This document shows positions 20,510 to 28,241 of a stretch of 64,000 bases of DNA, piece after piece. The position numbers were made by a program, and so were the translations under genes. Origin of the DNA: Candidatus Acidiferrales bacterium (GTDB taxonomy: Bacteria > Acidobacteriota > Terriglobia > Acidiferrales > UBA7541). The stretch's first letter is position 1, and every line of letters starts with the position of its first letter. The notes under the pieces are model-generated. The model saw only the letters and a program-made list of their open reading frames with translations, did not search any database and was not told where the DNA came from. The stretch lies in assembly GCA_035945715.1 (NCBI GenBank), contig DASYZX010000020.1, forward strand, positions 129,622 to 193,621, given 5' to 3'.

Positions 20510-20840
20510 TGGCCGCCTCGGCTTTTCCGCCCACTCTCTGGATGTCTGACAGATCCAGGCCCACCAACACACGGTCTGTATTTGAAAGATCGCCAATGAT
20601 CTTTCGCACGGGCACCGGCAATTTTTTGACAAGCGTGGGAATCGCCAGTATTTGGTCTCCCTGCGCGAGTTGCGGATTCTTGACCAGGTCGATCACTTCG
20701 ATCCGATATCTACCCTTGAGATGCTCGTCGCAGATTCTCTTGAGGTTGGACATTGCTGCCAAAGACTTCGGTGTCTGGCCGGCAACGTAGAGCCGGAGCT
20801 TGATGACTGTGAGCGATCCCTTGGTGCCCTTCTTGCTCAT
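20502..20840 (-). CDS. kaiB: KaiB paralogue 1
   Basis: '[85 protein letters not shown]' is close to canonical KaiB. ATGA overlap with kaiC. Confidence 0.95.
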   Translation of the reverse strand: MSKKGTKGSLTVIKLRLYVAGQTPKSLAAMSNLKRICDEHLKGRYRIEVIDLVKNPQLAQGDQILAIPTLVKKLPVPVRKIIGDLSNTDRVLVGLDLSDIQRVGGKAEAASD

Positions 20841-22585
20841 CGTGAACCTCCCGCGGCCTTCGCTTTCCGTCCATTACTCGTGTTCACCCCACGGCTGTGC
20901 GACATCGCTTCTTCATCCGTTACTAAAACGCGCTCACGCTGCTGCGCCTGTTCGATCAGGCGCTTCATTTGATGCTCTTTCGCCACAAACTCCGATTGCA
21001 GCGCAGCAATTTGCACCTGCAAAGCCTGGCGCTGCCGGTCCAGTTCGACCTTTTGCCTTTCGATCTCTTGCTCGCGCGATAACATCTCAGACTTTTCTTT
21101 CGCTTGTTGAGCCAGACGGGAAGAACCCGTGAGCACACCCCCGACGCCTACGTACGCAGGTATCAGCCGGATTCCGTTCTTGCCCATGACGAACTCGCGA
21201 AGCTGGTTCGAGTGAGCCATTCCGCGGGACTTCACCAGGTACACAGCCCGATTGCGCTCACCGTTCAGCTCGATATCGCGAAGCAGGACCCAGGTGTCAA
21301 TCAAGGACGAGATCGCGAGATTGGTGTGCTCCAGCGATTCTCGCGCGGCAGTCAGCGAGGTGAAGAGAGCCGTGACCTTTCGCATTTTCAAGAAATCCAG
21401 CAAACGCGTCAGCATCGCCTGCACGTCTTTCGCTGTGCTGCCGCTGATCAGATTTGTCACGGGATCGATCACCACGGCCTTCGGCTGGAACTGCTCGATG
21501 AGCTTGTGGATTCGCAACAAATGCATTTCCATGCCGTACTGTGAAGGCCGCCAGGCCCCATGAATCAGCAGCCCCTTTTTGATCCAGGGATTGAGTTCAA
21601 ATCCGACGGATCGCATGTTCCGCGAAAGCTGCCCAAGGGACTCCTCGAATGCAATGTAGAGACATTTCTCGCCGCGACGGCAAGTAGCGTCAGCGAAGCT
21701 GGTGGCCAGCGTTGTTTTTCCAGTGCCGGCGGTTCCGCTGATCAAAACGCTTGAGCCTCGGAAATAGCCCTCGCCTTCGAGCATGTCGTCCAAGTCGCCG
21801 ATCCCCGAGCTGACCCGCTCAGTGGATGCCGCGTGCTGCAATTCGAGCGAGGTGATAGGCAATACCGACACACCCTGCTCGTCAATTAGGAAGGGGTATT
21901 CATCGGAGCCGTGGCTCGAGCCGCGGTATTTCACGATGCGCATGCGACGCGTCGAAGTCTGTTCGCTGATGCGATGATCCAGCAAAATAACGCAATCGGA
22001 AACGTACTCCTCGAGTCCGTGACGCGTGAGCGTCCCTTCCCCTCTTTCGGCCGTCACCATCGTCGTCATGCCGCGGTCCTTCAGCCACCGGAACAGCCGG
22101 CGGATCTCCGCGCGCAGAACTCCAATGTTTTTGAAGCCTGAAAAAATGGCTTCCACCGTATCCAACAGAACGCGCTTGGCACCCACAGTCTCGATAGCGT
22201 TTTGCAGGCGGACGAATAGCCCCTCGAGGTCATAGTCACCCGCCTCTTCAATTTCGCTTGGCTCAATGTAGACGTATTCGAAGAAAAGCTTCTTCCGCTC
22301 GACGAGCCCGTTCAGGTCGAACCCGAGCGAAGCTACGTTGCGAGCCATCTCCTGCGGCGTCTCTTCAAAAGCGAGGAGGACGCCTGGTTCATTGAACTCG
22401 GTGGCGCCACGAACCAAAAATTCAATGCCGAGCATCGTCTTGCCGCAGCCCGGGCCGCCGCAAACGATGGTTGTCCGGCCCTTCGGCAGCCCACCGCCGC
22501 TGATTTCATCGAGTCCCTTGATTCCCGTGCAAGACTTCTCCAGTGCGGAAAGAAAATGACTGCCATTATTTGCACGCTGGGGCAT
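20837..22585 (-). CDS. kaiC: KaiC double RecA-domain ATPase/autokinase with a ~90-aa C-terminal coiled-coil extension
   Basis: Two Walker A motifs ('GGPGCGKT', 'GTAGTGKT'). '[14 protein letters not shown]' N-terminus. CII phospho-site region '[16 protein letters not shown]'. Heptad-rich tail '[61 protein letters not shown]'. Confidence 0.95.
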   Translation of the reverse strand: MPQRANNGSHFLSALEKSCTGIKGLDEISGGGLPKGRTTIVCGGPGCGKTMLGIEFLVRGATEFNEPGVLLAFEETPQEMARNVASLGFDLNGLVERKKLFFEYVYIEPSEIEEAGDYDLEGLFVRLQNAIETVGAKRVLLDTVEAIFSGFKNIGVLRAEIRRLFRWLKDRGMTTMVTAERGEGTLTRHGLEEYVSDCVILLDHRISEQTSTRRMRIVKYRGSSHGSDEYPFLIDEQGVSVLPITSLELQHAASTERVSSGIGDLDDMLEGEGYFRGSSVLISGTAGTGKTTLATSFADATCRRGEKCLYIAFEESLGQLSRNMRSVGFELNPWIKKGLLIHGAWRPSQYGMEMHLLRIHKLIEQFQPKAVVIDPVTNLISGSTAKDVQAMLTRLLDFLKMRKVTALFTSLTAARESLEHTNLAISSLIDTWVLLRDIELNGERNRAVYLVKSRGMAHSNQLREFVMGKNGIRLIPAYVGVGGVLTGSSRLAQQAKEKSEMLSREQEIERQKVELDRQRQALQVQIAALQSEFVAKEHQMKRLIEQAQQRERVLVTDEEAMSHSRGVNTSNGRKAKAAGGSR

Positions 22586-22683
22586 ACCACTCCTTTTTGG
22601 AGGCCAGGAGGTGTGAAGGGCGGGGAAGCCGTGTCGCCTGGCGCGAAAGGAGGGATATTAACTGAAAACAACAAGATGGGCAA

Positions 22684-22715
22684 GCCAACCAATCGCCAAC
22701 CAATCGCCAACCATC
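22684..22715. repeat. Tandem 11-bp repeat (gccaaccaatc x2 plus a partial copy) about 100-130 bp upstream of the kaiC start
   Basis: The + strand reads gccaaccaatc gccaaccaatc gccaaccatc, in the 216-bp gap between the small basic-protein gene and kaiC. Confidence 0.85.
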
Positions 22716-22801
22716 GCGCCGCGCGCCGCGGCGGCCCGAGGGTTTGCTTGCCCCCTGAACAAATGTGAGCGTGCTGTGGCTGCGAGGGCGCCGCGAGTGA
22801 G

Positions 22802-22990
22802 CTAAGACGTCTTCTTCCGTGGAACTTTCGCGCCTTTCTTTCGCGCCTCCGAGAGTCCAATGGCAATCGCTTGCTTGCGGCTCTTCACTTTGCCACCTTT
22901 GCCTCCTTTTCCCGACTTCAAAGTGCCGCGTTTTTTCCGGTGCATCGCGCTCTTCACGCTCTTCCCCGCGGCCTTTCCATACTTGGGCAT
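22802..22990 (-). CDS. Small (62 aa) lysine/arginine-rich protein, possibly DUF6496-type
   Basis: 'MPKYGKAAGKSVKSAMHRKKRGTLKSGKGGKGGKVKSRKQAIAIGLSEARKKGAKVP'. The conserved-looking 'RKQAIAIGLSEARKKG' core matches a widespread small-protein family as I recall it. The family name is uncertain. Confidence 0.65.
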   Translation of the reverse strand: MPKYGKAAGKSVKSAMHRKKRGTLKSGKGGKGGKVKSRKQAIAIGLSEARKKGAKVPRKKTS

Positions 22991-23176
22991 CTGAATCCTC
23001 CTATCCGGGCAAGCGAGAGTGCTACTGTCTTCTTAGACTTCACCGGCAGCAGCTTGGTGACGTGCAAACGCGGCTTCTCCATTACAAAGAAATGCGAGTA
23101 GTACTCAATGAATGTGACATCCGTCGGATAGCGGGCATCAGCAAGGCAGGAGCTAAGTTTTGTTCGGGCTTCCGCA

Positions 23177-23920
23177 ATGCCAACTGTCGTCACTTGGCAG
23201 GCAATCGCAATTCGATTGCTTCTGACCATTCTCTGCGCCGGCGCGATCGGCTTCAACCGCGATGAACGCGGGCATTCCGCAGGTCTGCGCACAAATCTCC
23301 TCGTCGCACTCGCTGCCTGCGTCGCCATGATTCAAACGAACTTGCTGATCAATTCAGCAGGAAAGCCGAGCGACTCCTTCGTCGTCATGGACATCATGCG
23401 GCTTCCGCTCGGAATTCTTTCCGGCATCGGCTTCATTGGCGCGGGCGCAATCATTAAGCGGGGAGAGATGATCGTCGGAGTGACCACGGCGGCCACACTT
23501 TGGTTCGTCACGGTCATGGGACTTTGCTTCGGCGGCGGACAAAACGCCCTGGGGCTGGCGGCATTTGGGCTGGGTTTTGTGATTCTAACTGCCTTGAAAA
23601 AGATTGAAAACGAGATGCCCAAGACGCAAAGCGCAATCTTAAGAATCAGTGTCTCCCCGCAGGGCCCTAATCAAACGCAGATTGAATCGCTGTTAACGGC
23701 CGCGGGAATACGCTTAGCAAATGCTTCGCTGACCTATGAAACTTCGTCGGAGGGAATTAGACTCTTCGGGTGGAAAGTCCGCTGGAAGGCCAAGCACGAC
23801 GAGACGGCTTTGCCTAACGTCATTCAAGACTTGGCGAAAACCCCCCGAGGTGCGGCGACTGGACTTCATCCGATAAATAGCGCCCACAGCGAGCGCCGCA
23901 CCTTGCGGCGGCGCACATAA
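23177..23920 (+). CDS. MgtC/SapB-family membrane protein
   Basis: 'AIRLLLTILCAGAIGFNRDERGHSAGLRTNLLVALAACVAM' is the canonical MgtC N-terminal membrane domain, followed by a soluble C-terminal domain. Confidence 0.9.
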   Translation: MPTVVTWQAIAIRLLLTILCAGAIGFNRDERGHSAGLRTNLLVALAACVAMIQTNLLINSAGKPSDSFVVMDIMRLPLGILSGIGFIGAGAIIKRGEMIVGVTTAATLWFVTVMGLCFGGGQNALGLAAFGLGFVILTALKKIENEMPKTQSAILRISVSPQGPNQTQIESLLTAAGIRLANASLTYETSSEGIRLFGWKVRWKAKHDETALPNVIQDLAKTPRGAATGLHPINSAHSERRTLRRRT

Positions 23921-23989
23921 GAGTGCTCGTCAAGGTAAGATGTGGCTTCTCCGGATCAAGAGGCTTACCGATAGACTGATGGAAACTCT

Positions 23990-24982
23990 ATGAAGGCAGC
24001 TTTCCTTACATCTCCCAAACCAATTTCGGAGCGGCCGCTCACGATTATGGAAGTGCCGCGCCCGAAGCTCGAACCCGGGCACGTGCTGCTGCGTGTTCGC
24101 GCCTGCGGAGTGTGCCGCACCGACCTGCACATCGTCGAAGGCGAGTTACCGTCGCAAGGAAAGCAGATCATCCCCGGCCATCAGATCGTTGGAGAAATCG
24201 TCGAAGGAATAACCAAGGAATTGCCCGCAGGATTGCGCGTTGGGGTTTCCTGGCTCGGCGGCGTTGATGGAACTTGCACCTACTGCCGGCGCGGACTCGA
24301 AAACCTGTGCGATAAACCGACCTTCACCGGCTATACCGTGAACGGAGGCTATGCGGAATTCGCCTCCGCTCGCGCCGATTTTGTTTTTTCCTTACCTGCA
24401 AGCCTCGACGACGCGCACGCAGCGCCGCTTCTCTGCGCCGGCATCATCGGCTTCCGCAGCCTTCGCGTTGCGGGTGTGCAAACGGGCGAACGCATCGGAC
24501 TCTTCGGATTTGGAGCTTCCGCGCATCTAGCCATTGCCGTTCTGAATGCGTGGAAATGCGAAGTCTATGTCTCCACGCGCGGCGAATCTCATAGGAAACT
24601 GGCGGCGGCGCTCGGGGCAAAGTGGGTTGGAACCGAAGATGAAAAACCGCTGGTGCAACTCGATCGCGCCGTGACGTTCGCTCCCAGCGGCGCCGTCGTG
24701 ATTGCCGCGCTCAGCAGCCTTCGAAAAGGCGGAGTGGTCGCCATCAATGCCATTCACCTGGATCAAATGCCGCCGTTCGATTACGACAAACTGCTCTGGG
24801 GAGAGCGCCAGATTCGCAGCGTCGCCAACATGACTCGGCAGGACGCGCGCGACTTTCTGGAAATCGCTTCGCAGATTGGACTGCGGCCCAAGTCAACGGT
24901 TTTCCCTCTGGCGAATGCCAACGAGGCCCTTGCGGCCGTAAAGAGCGATTCGATCGATGGCGCTGCCGTCATCGTGCCGTAG
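23990..24982 (+). CDS. Zinc-dependent alcohol dehydrogenase family protein
   Basis: 'GVCRTDLHIVEGE' catalytic-Zn motif. Structural Zn cluster 'CTYCRRGLENLC'. Rossmann motif 'GLFGFGASAHL'. Confidence 0.92.
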   Translation: MKAAFLTSPKPISERPLTIMEVPRPKLEPGHVLLRVRACGVCRTDLHIVEGELPSQGKQIIPGHQIVGEIVEGITKELPAGLRVGVSWLGGVDGTCTYCRRGLENLCDKPTFTGYTVNGGYAEFASARADFVFSLPASLDDAHAAPLLCAGIIGFRSLRVAGVQTGERIGLFGFGASAHLAIAVLNAWKCEVYVSTRGESHRKLAAALGAKWVGTEDEKPLVQLDRAVTFAPSGAVVIAALSSLRKGGVVAINAIHLDQMPPFDYDKLLWGERQIRSVANMTRQDARDFLEIASQIGLRPKSTVFPLANANEALAAVKSDSIDGAAVIVP

Positions 24983-25048
24983 TTTTCCGAAACATCCATC
25001 CTGACCTTTGTCCCCAGAGTTCGGGTCTTGTACTATGTTTCTCACGCA

Positions 25049-25124
<76 letters not shown>

Positions 25125-25184
25125 AAATTTCTGGGTTCGGCCCGGAGACATGGGTTACACGACGTACTTAAGACATAGATAACA

Positions 25185-25375
25185 CTTTCGACATCGATGC
25201 TGCCGACATGAGCTTCCTCTGCCTCCGATATAAGCAAATCCGGTACCCACCCTCCAACAACAACGAGGCAATCGCGAAACGAGGCCAAAACTTGGCCGAC
25301 GTCCACCAAGACACGGCGTGCCGCCTCTACCTGGCGGGACTCGTACTCAGCGTAGCGGCGCGGCTCATCGTTCAT
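25185..25375 (-). pseudogene. 3'-truncated nucleotidyltransferase-fold gene (AbiEii/DUF1814-like toxin remnant)
   Basis: From ATG 25375: 'MNDEPRRYAEYESRQVEAARRVLVDVGQVLASFRDCLVVVGGWVPDLL...HVGSIDV' (GG...GSxDxD minimal NTase motif). Protein-like sequence then ends, and the reading frame runs through junk into the tRNA gene. It overlaps the upstream gene stop by 11 nt. Confidence 0.5.
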
Positions 25376-26501
25376 GGGATATGCTGCGACTCCATTGGGG
25401 CCTGAGGTTCTGTTGCAATAGGGCGTCGGCTGCTTCCTCGCCACGGCCACCACAATGATAAAGATCGACGTAAGTCTGAACAGGGTTGGTCGAAGCCAGT
25501 CGGTGCTCTCCGACAGTTCCGCCATCCGCCAAGTAAAAAACACCCGGGTCGTCGGGTATCAAAACAACAAGGTTATCCCCGGTGTCCAGGCGTTTCGCTT
25601 CAGCCAATTCTTCAAGCCGTTTGGCGTATTCAACATCGAGATAGATCCAAGTTTTCGGTTGGCGTACGTGAGGGGCCGGAGCATCGGCCGCTGAGAATGC
25701 GGCGTAAGCTGCAAAGCCTCCAGAATCCAGACCGAGTCGCGCCAACGCGTTACGCAGCTGTCTTCCTTGCATCAGACTGAAATAGTTGCGACGTTCGTGC
25801 CTGTTGAAACGATAAACGTTTCGCCAGGCTATGAGTAACTTTTCCGGCTCTGGTACGAAAAACCCGCCGTCAGGTGAAACTTCGATGAATGCTTCGTCCC
25901 TCAGGTACCTGACGACCTTATTGACCAAACCCAGGCTCGGTTCTGGAACCCGTGGATTACGTGAGCCAAAATGGGTTTCCATGCTTCTCTGTGTCCAACG
26001 TATGCCGAAGTTCTCCGGCGCCAAAAGAGCCCGAATGACTCGGGCCGCTTCCCGGGTGCTCAGATTTGCGGGCGGCCGACTTGGAGAGTAGGAGGATTCG
26101 TTGCCGTGGCGATCAAGATAAATAGCGTTAGGCACATCAATATGGCAATTTCCGGCCAGGTCATACCACCCCCACCCGTGCTGGATGCACAACTCACCTA
26201 TGCGGGGTGAGACAAAGGGCATGGCTAATACAGGTACGACCGATTTGAGATGGCGGACCTGAGAGCTCTTTTGCAGAGCCCAAGTGTGAAATGTGCTGGG
26301 TCGTAGTTCCTTCTTGCATTCGATGGCAAGGGTGGTTTTGCCGGACGGCAGGGTAAGCACCGCCTCTATATCGTATCCTGGATCTGAGCTGCCACCGACG
26401 CGTTCTATTCGCGAATCGTGGAGCCATGGGATCGCACCGAGCAGCTCTTTGAGCTTTGAGGCCAGTACCTCCTCTAGACCGGAATTGCTTACTATGCTCA
26501 T
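25365..26501 (-). CDS. Hypothetical protein: N-terminal PD-(D/E)xK-like motif, central wHTH-like region, C-terminus AbiEi-antitoxin-like (function uncertain)
   Basis: 378 aa from ATG 26501. 'GYDIEAVLTL...LAIECKK' fits D...ExK. C-terminal 'NPVQTYVDLYHCGGRGEEAADALLQQ' resembles the AbiEi C-terminal domain as I recall it. The 144 upstream codons of the track ORF cross an IS remnant and are rejected. Confidence 0.6.
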   Translation of the reverse strand: MSIVSNSGLEEVLASKLKELLGAIPWLHDSRIERVGGSSDPGYDIEAVLTLPSGKTTLAIECKKELRPSTFHTWALQKSSQVRHLKSVVPVLAMPFVSPRIGELCIQHGWGWYDLAGNCHIDVPNAIYLDRHGNESSYSPSRPPANLSTREAARVIRALLAPENFGIRWTQRSMETHFGSRNPRVPEPSLGLVNKVVRYLRDEAFIEVSPDGGFFVPEPEKLLIAWRNVYRFNRHERRNYFSLMQGRQLRNALARLGLDSGGFAAYAAFSAADAPAPHVRQPKTWIYLDVEYAKRLEELAEAKRLDTGDNLVVLIPDDPGVFYLADGGTVGEHRLASTNPVQTYVDLYHCGGRGEEAADALLQQNLRPQWSRSISHER

Positions 26502-26502
26502 A

Positions 26503-26558
26503 TGTTCACGAAATAAGGTCTGTTCACGTATACGTGAACATAGCACTTTACATGAACA
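26503..26558. promoter_or_regulatory. 56-bp dyad-symmetric operator: four TGTTCACG half-sites, including a perfect 20-bp palindrome, directly upstream of the 26501 start
   Basis: tgttcacg (26503-26510), N10, tgttcacgtatacgtgaaca (26521-26540, perfect palindrome), N10, catgaaca (26551-26558). On the minus strand a TTGCAG-N18-TATGTT promoter-like pair overlaps it. Confidence 0.55.
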
Positions 26559-26569
26559 TACTGCAAGTA

Positions 26570-26758
26570 CTATTTCGGGTCCAGAACGATGCCGGCGGTT
26601 TCCGGAAGCTGTGGTCCGCGAAGCTTCCGAACAAAGCGCTTCACCGCCTGATAGCCGCCGGTAGAGCCGTGGTCCGACACCAAATCTTGCCAGCTGGCCG
26701 TGGCATTGCGGCCACGGGCGAGGCCCTGTTCGATCCGTTCGCGGTACGCTGCACAAAC
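26570..26758 (-). pseudogene. IS21-family transposase (istA) N-terminal fragment
   Basis: 'CAAYRERIEQGLARGRNATASWQDLVSDHGSTGGYQAVKRFVRKLRGPQLPETAGIV' matches the HTH N-terminus of IS21-family IstA proteins. The frame then stops after ~60 codons. No catalytic domain and no istB are present. Confidence 0.6.
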
Positions 26759-26820
26759 ACTGGCCGAGGGTGGGAACGGGCCACTGGAAGCCCCCGGTTT
26801 TGGTGAAAAAGGCCCAACAA

Positions 26821-26888
26821 AGTCGGGGGTCACTCGTATGGCCGGTTTTGCCCCAGAGTCGGGAGTCACCTATATGGCCGGTTTTGCC
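26821..26888. repeat. Two 32-bp direct repeats (28/32 identical, 36-bp period)
   Basis: agtcgggggtcactcgtatggccggttttgcc (26821-26852) and agtcgggagtcacctatatggccggttttgcc (26857-26888). Confidence 0.9.
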
Positions 26889-26984
26889 GGCACGCGGCGT
26901 CCCCATCCAGCGGTTTAAGACGCGGACTGGCACAGATGGGCCACCGCATGAACCGGGGCCATCTGGTGTGAGGCGTCATTGCAC

Positions 26985-28241
26985 TCATTCTGGGAGCCAG
27001 GTTTGACCGCCGTCATCGCTGATCCACCGCTTGCCTGCGCTGTTGGTGAGCACGAAAGTGACTCTCGCCGACGCAAGGCGCGCAGCCATGCTCGGTGGCT
27101 TCGCGGCGGGGCCGGCAGCCGAATTATTCGTCCCTGTGTTCGGAGTCAAAGCGGGACGCGCGGCCTGCTCGGCTACAGCAGCCGACGACCCCGCGCCGGT
27201 GCCGGAGAAGGCTTGCATTCCGGGGAAGGGTTGGGAAGGAATCACCGATTCTGCCTCCAGTGTTGCCGCTTTGCCCTGCCACTGGGCGTGCACCTCTGTC
27301 CAGTGCTCGCCAAGATCCGTACTCCGATAGACCTTCCGGCTTCGAGAAAGCACCAGCACGATATCCGCACTGTTCGCAACTGCTTTTGCCTTCGCGCCTT
27401 TTGGCAGTCGAAGCTTTTGGAACTGGCTCGCGTTCCACCGTTTCAACTCCCCATTTATGATGGCGAATTGAGGGAAGGAATTCTGTGGCGGAACCAAGCC
27501 GCCAGCGACGGCTGCATCCGAGCCTAGCGTTTCCGCGTTCATCTTCGCCTCAGCTGTTGCAGTCACCCTCTCCGTGTCGGGGCGCACCGCAGGTGGCGGT
27601 GCGGGCTGCGCAGTGGCCGGGAGCTGCGAAACGAGTGGAACCGATTGTTGCGGCGATGCAGCGCGTGTCTGAGGCAGTCCCTCTGCGGCGCTGGTTGCAC
27701 TCGCGCCGGGCCCGCTCGACGACGGAGGGGCGGAAAGACGATGAAACGCCAGTTCCGGAGCGGGAGGTTGCTTTGATACGGCTCTTCTCTGCCGGTTCCT
27801 TGCTTGTGATTCATGCTTGGCTTTGTGCGGAATCGAGCCCGGCTCTGTCGCGGGAGGGGTTTTCGTGGCAGGCATGTCGGAGTTCGAAGTTTTGTACTGA
27901 GGCGTGACTGTCGCGGCAACCTCACGGTTGCTATTGGGGAAAGAGAGCCGCCGCCCATGCCAAATGAGCAAAGCCGCACCGATCACCGCTACTCCAGCTG
28001 CGGTGGCAACCGGGACTTGCCATCGCCGCGCCACGGAACCAGCGTGCGCGACCTTGCCCTGGACAGATTCAGAGCCTGCCACAGCTTCGCGGGCCAGGAA
28101 GACGATTTCCCGGCAACGCGCGCAGTCGGCGAGATGCGCGACCACGGCTCGGTGCTCAGCGCCCTGGAGCGCCCGCTCGGCGAATGCCGCGAGCCGGTTC
28201 TCGTCCGGATGGATCGTTCTCGCCTTTTGCTCTGTGGTCAT
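26985..28241 (-). CDS. Membrane-spanning anti-sigma factor (zf-HC2) with an extracytoplasmic domain carrying BNR/Asp-box-like motifs
   Basis: N-terminal 'HLADCARCREIV' (Hx3Cx2C). One TM segment ('VATAAGVAVIGAALLIW'). Pro/Ala-rich linker. C-terminal 'STDLGEHW' and 'SDDGGQTW'. ATGA overlap with the upstream ECF sigma gene. Confidence 0.85.
   Translation of the reverse strand: MTTEQKARTIHPDENRLAAFAERALQGAEHRAVVAHLADCARCREIVFLAREAVAGSESVQGKVAHAGSVARRWQVPVATAAGVAVIGAALLIWHGRRLSFPNSNREVAATVTPQYKTSNSDMPATKTPPATEPGSIPHKAKHESQARNRQRRAVSKQPPAPELAFHRLSAPPSSSGPGASATSAAEGLPQTRAASPQQSVPLVSQLPATAQPAPPPAVRPDTERVTATAEAKMNAETLGSDAAVAGGLVPPQNSFPQFAIINGELKRWNASQFQKLRLPKGAKAKAVANSADIVLVLSRSRKVYRSTDLGEHWTEVHAQWQGKAATLEAESVIPSQPFPGMQAFSGTGAGSSAAVAEQAARPALTPNTGTNNSAAGPAAKPPSMAARLASARVTFVLTNSAGKRWISDDGGQTWLPE

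Larger units (their letters stand above)
26570..26895 (-). mobile_element. Left-end remnant of an IS21-family insertion sequence (terminal repeats plus 5' end of istA)
   Basis: The istA fragment is preceded by two 32-bp direct repeats at the position where IS21 elements carry multiple terminal IstA-binding repeats. The rest of the element is missing. Confidence 0.5.

Noticed and set aside
26502-26933. N-terminal 144 codons of track ORF 25365-26933. These would give a 522-aa protein and contain the repeated peptide 'GKTGH..D.RL'.
   Set aside because: This part reads through the palindromic operator, the istA fragment (in another frame) and the IS terminal direct repeats. The peptide repeat is just the DNA repeat translated. 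A good internal ATG at 26501 begins the protein-like region.
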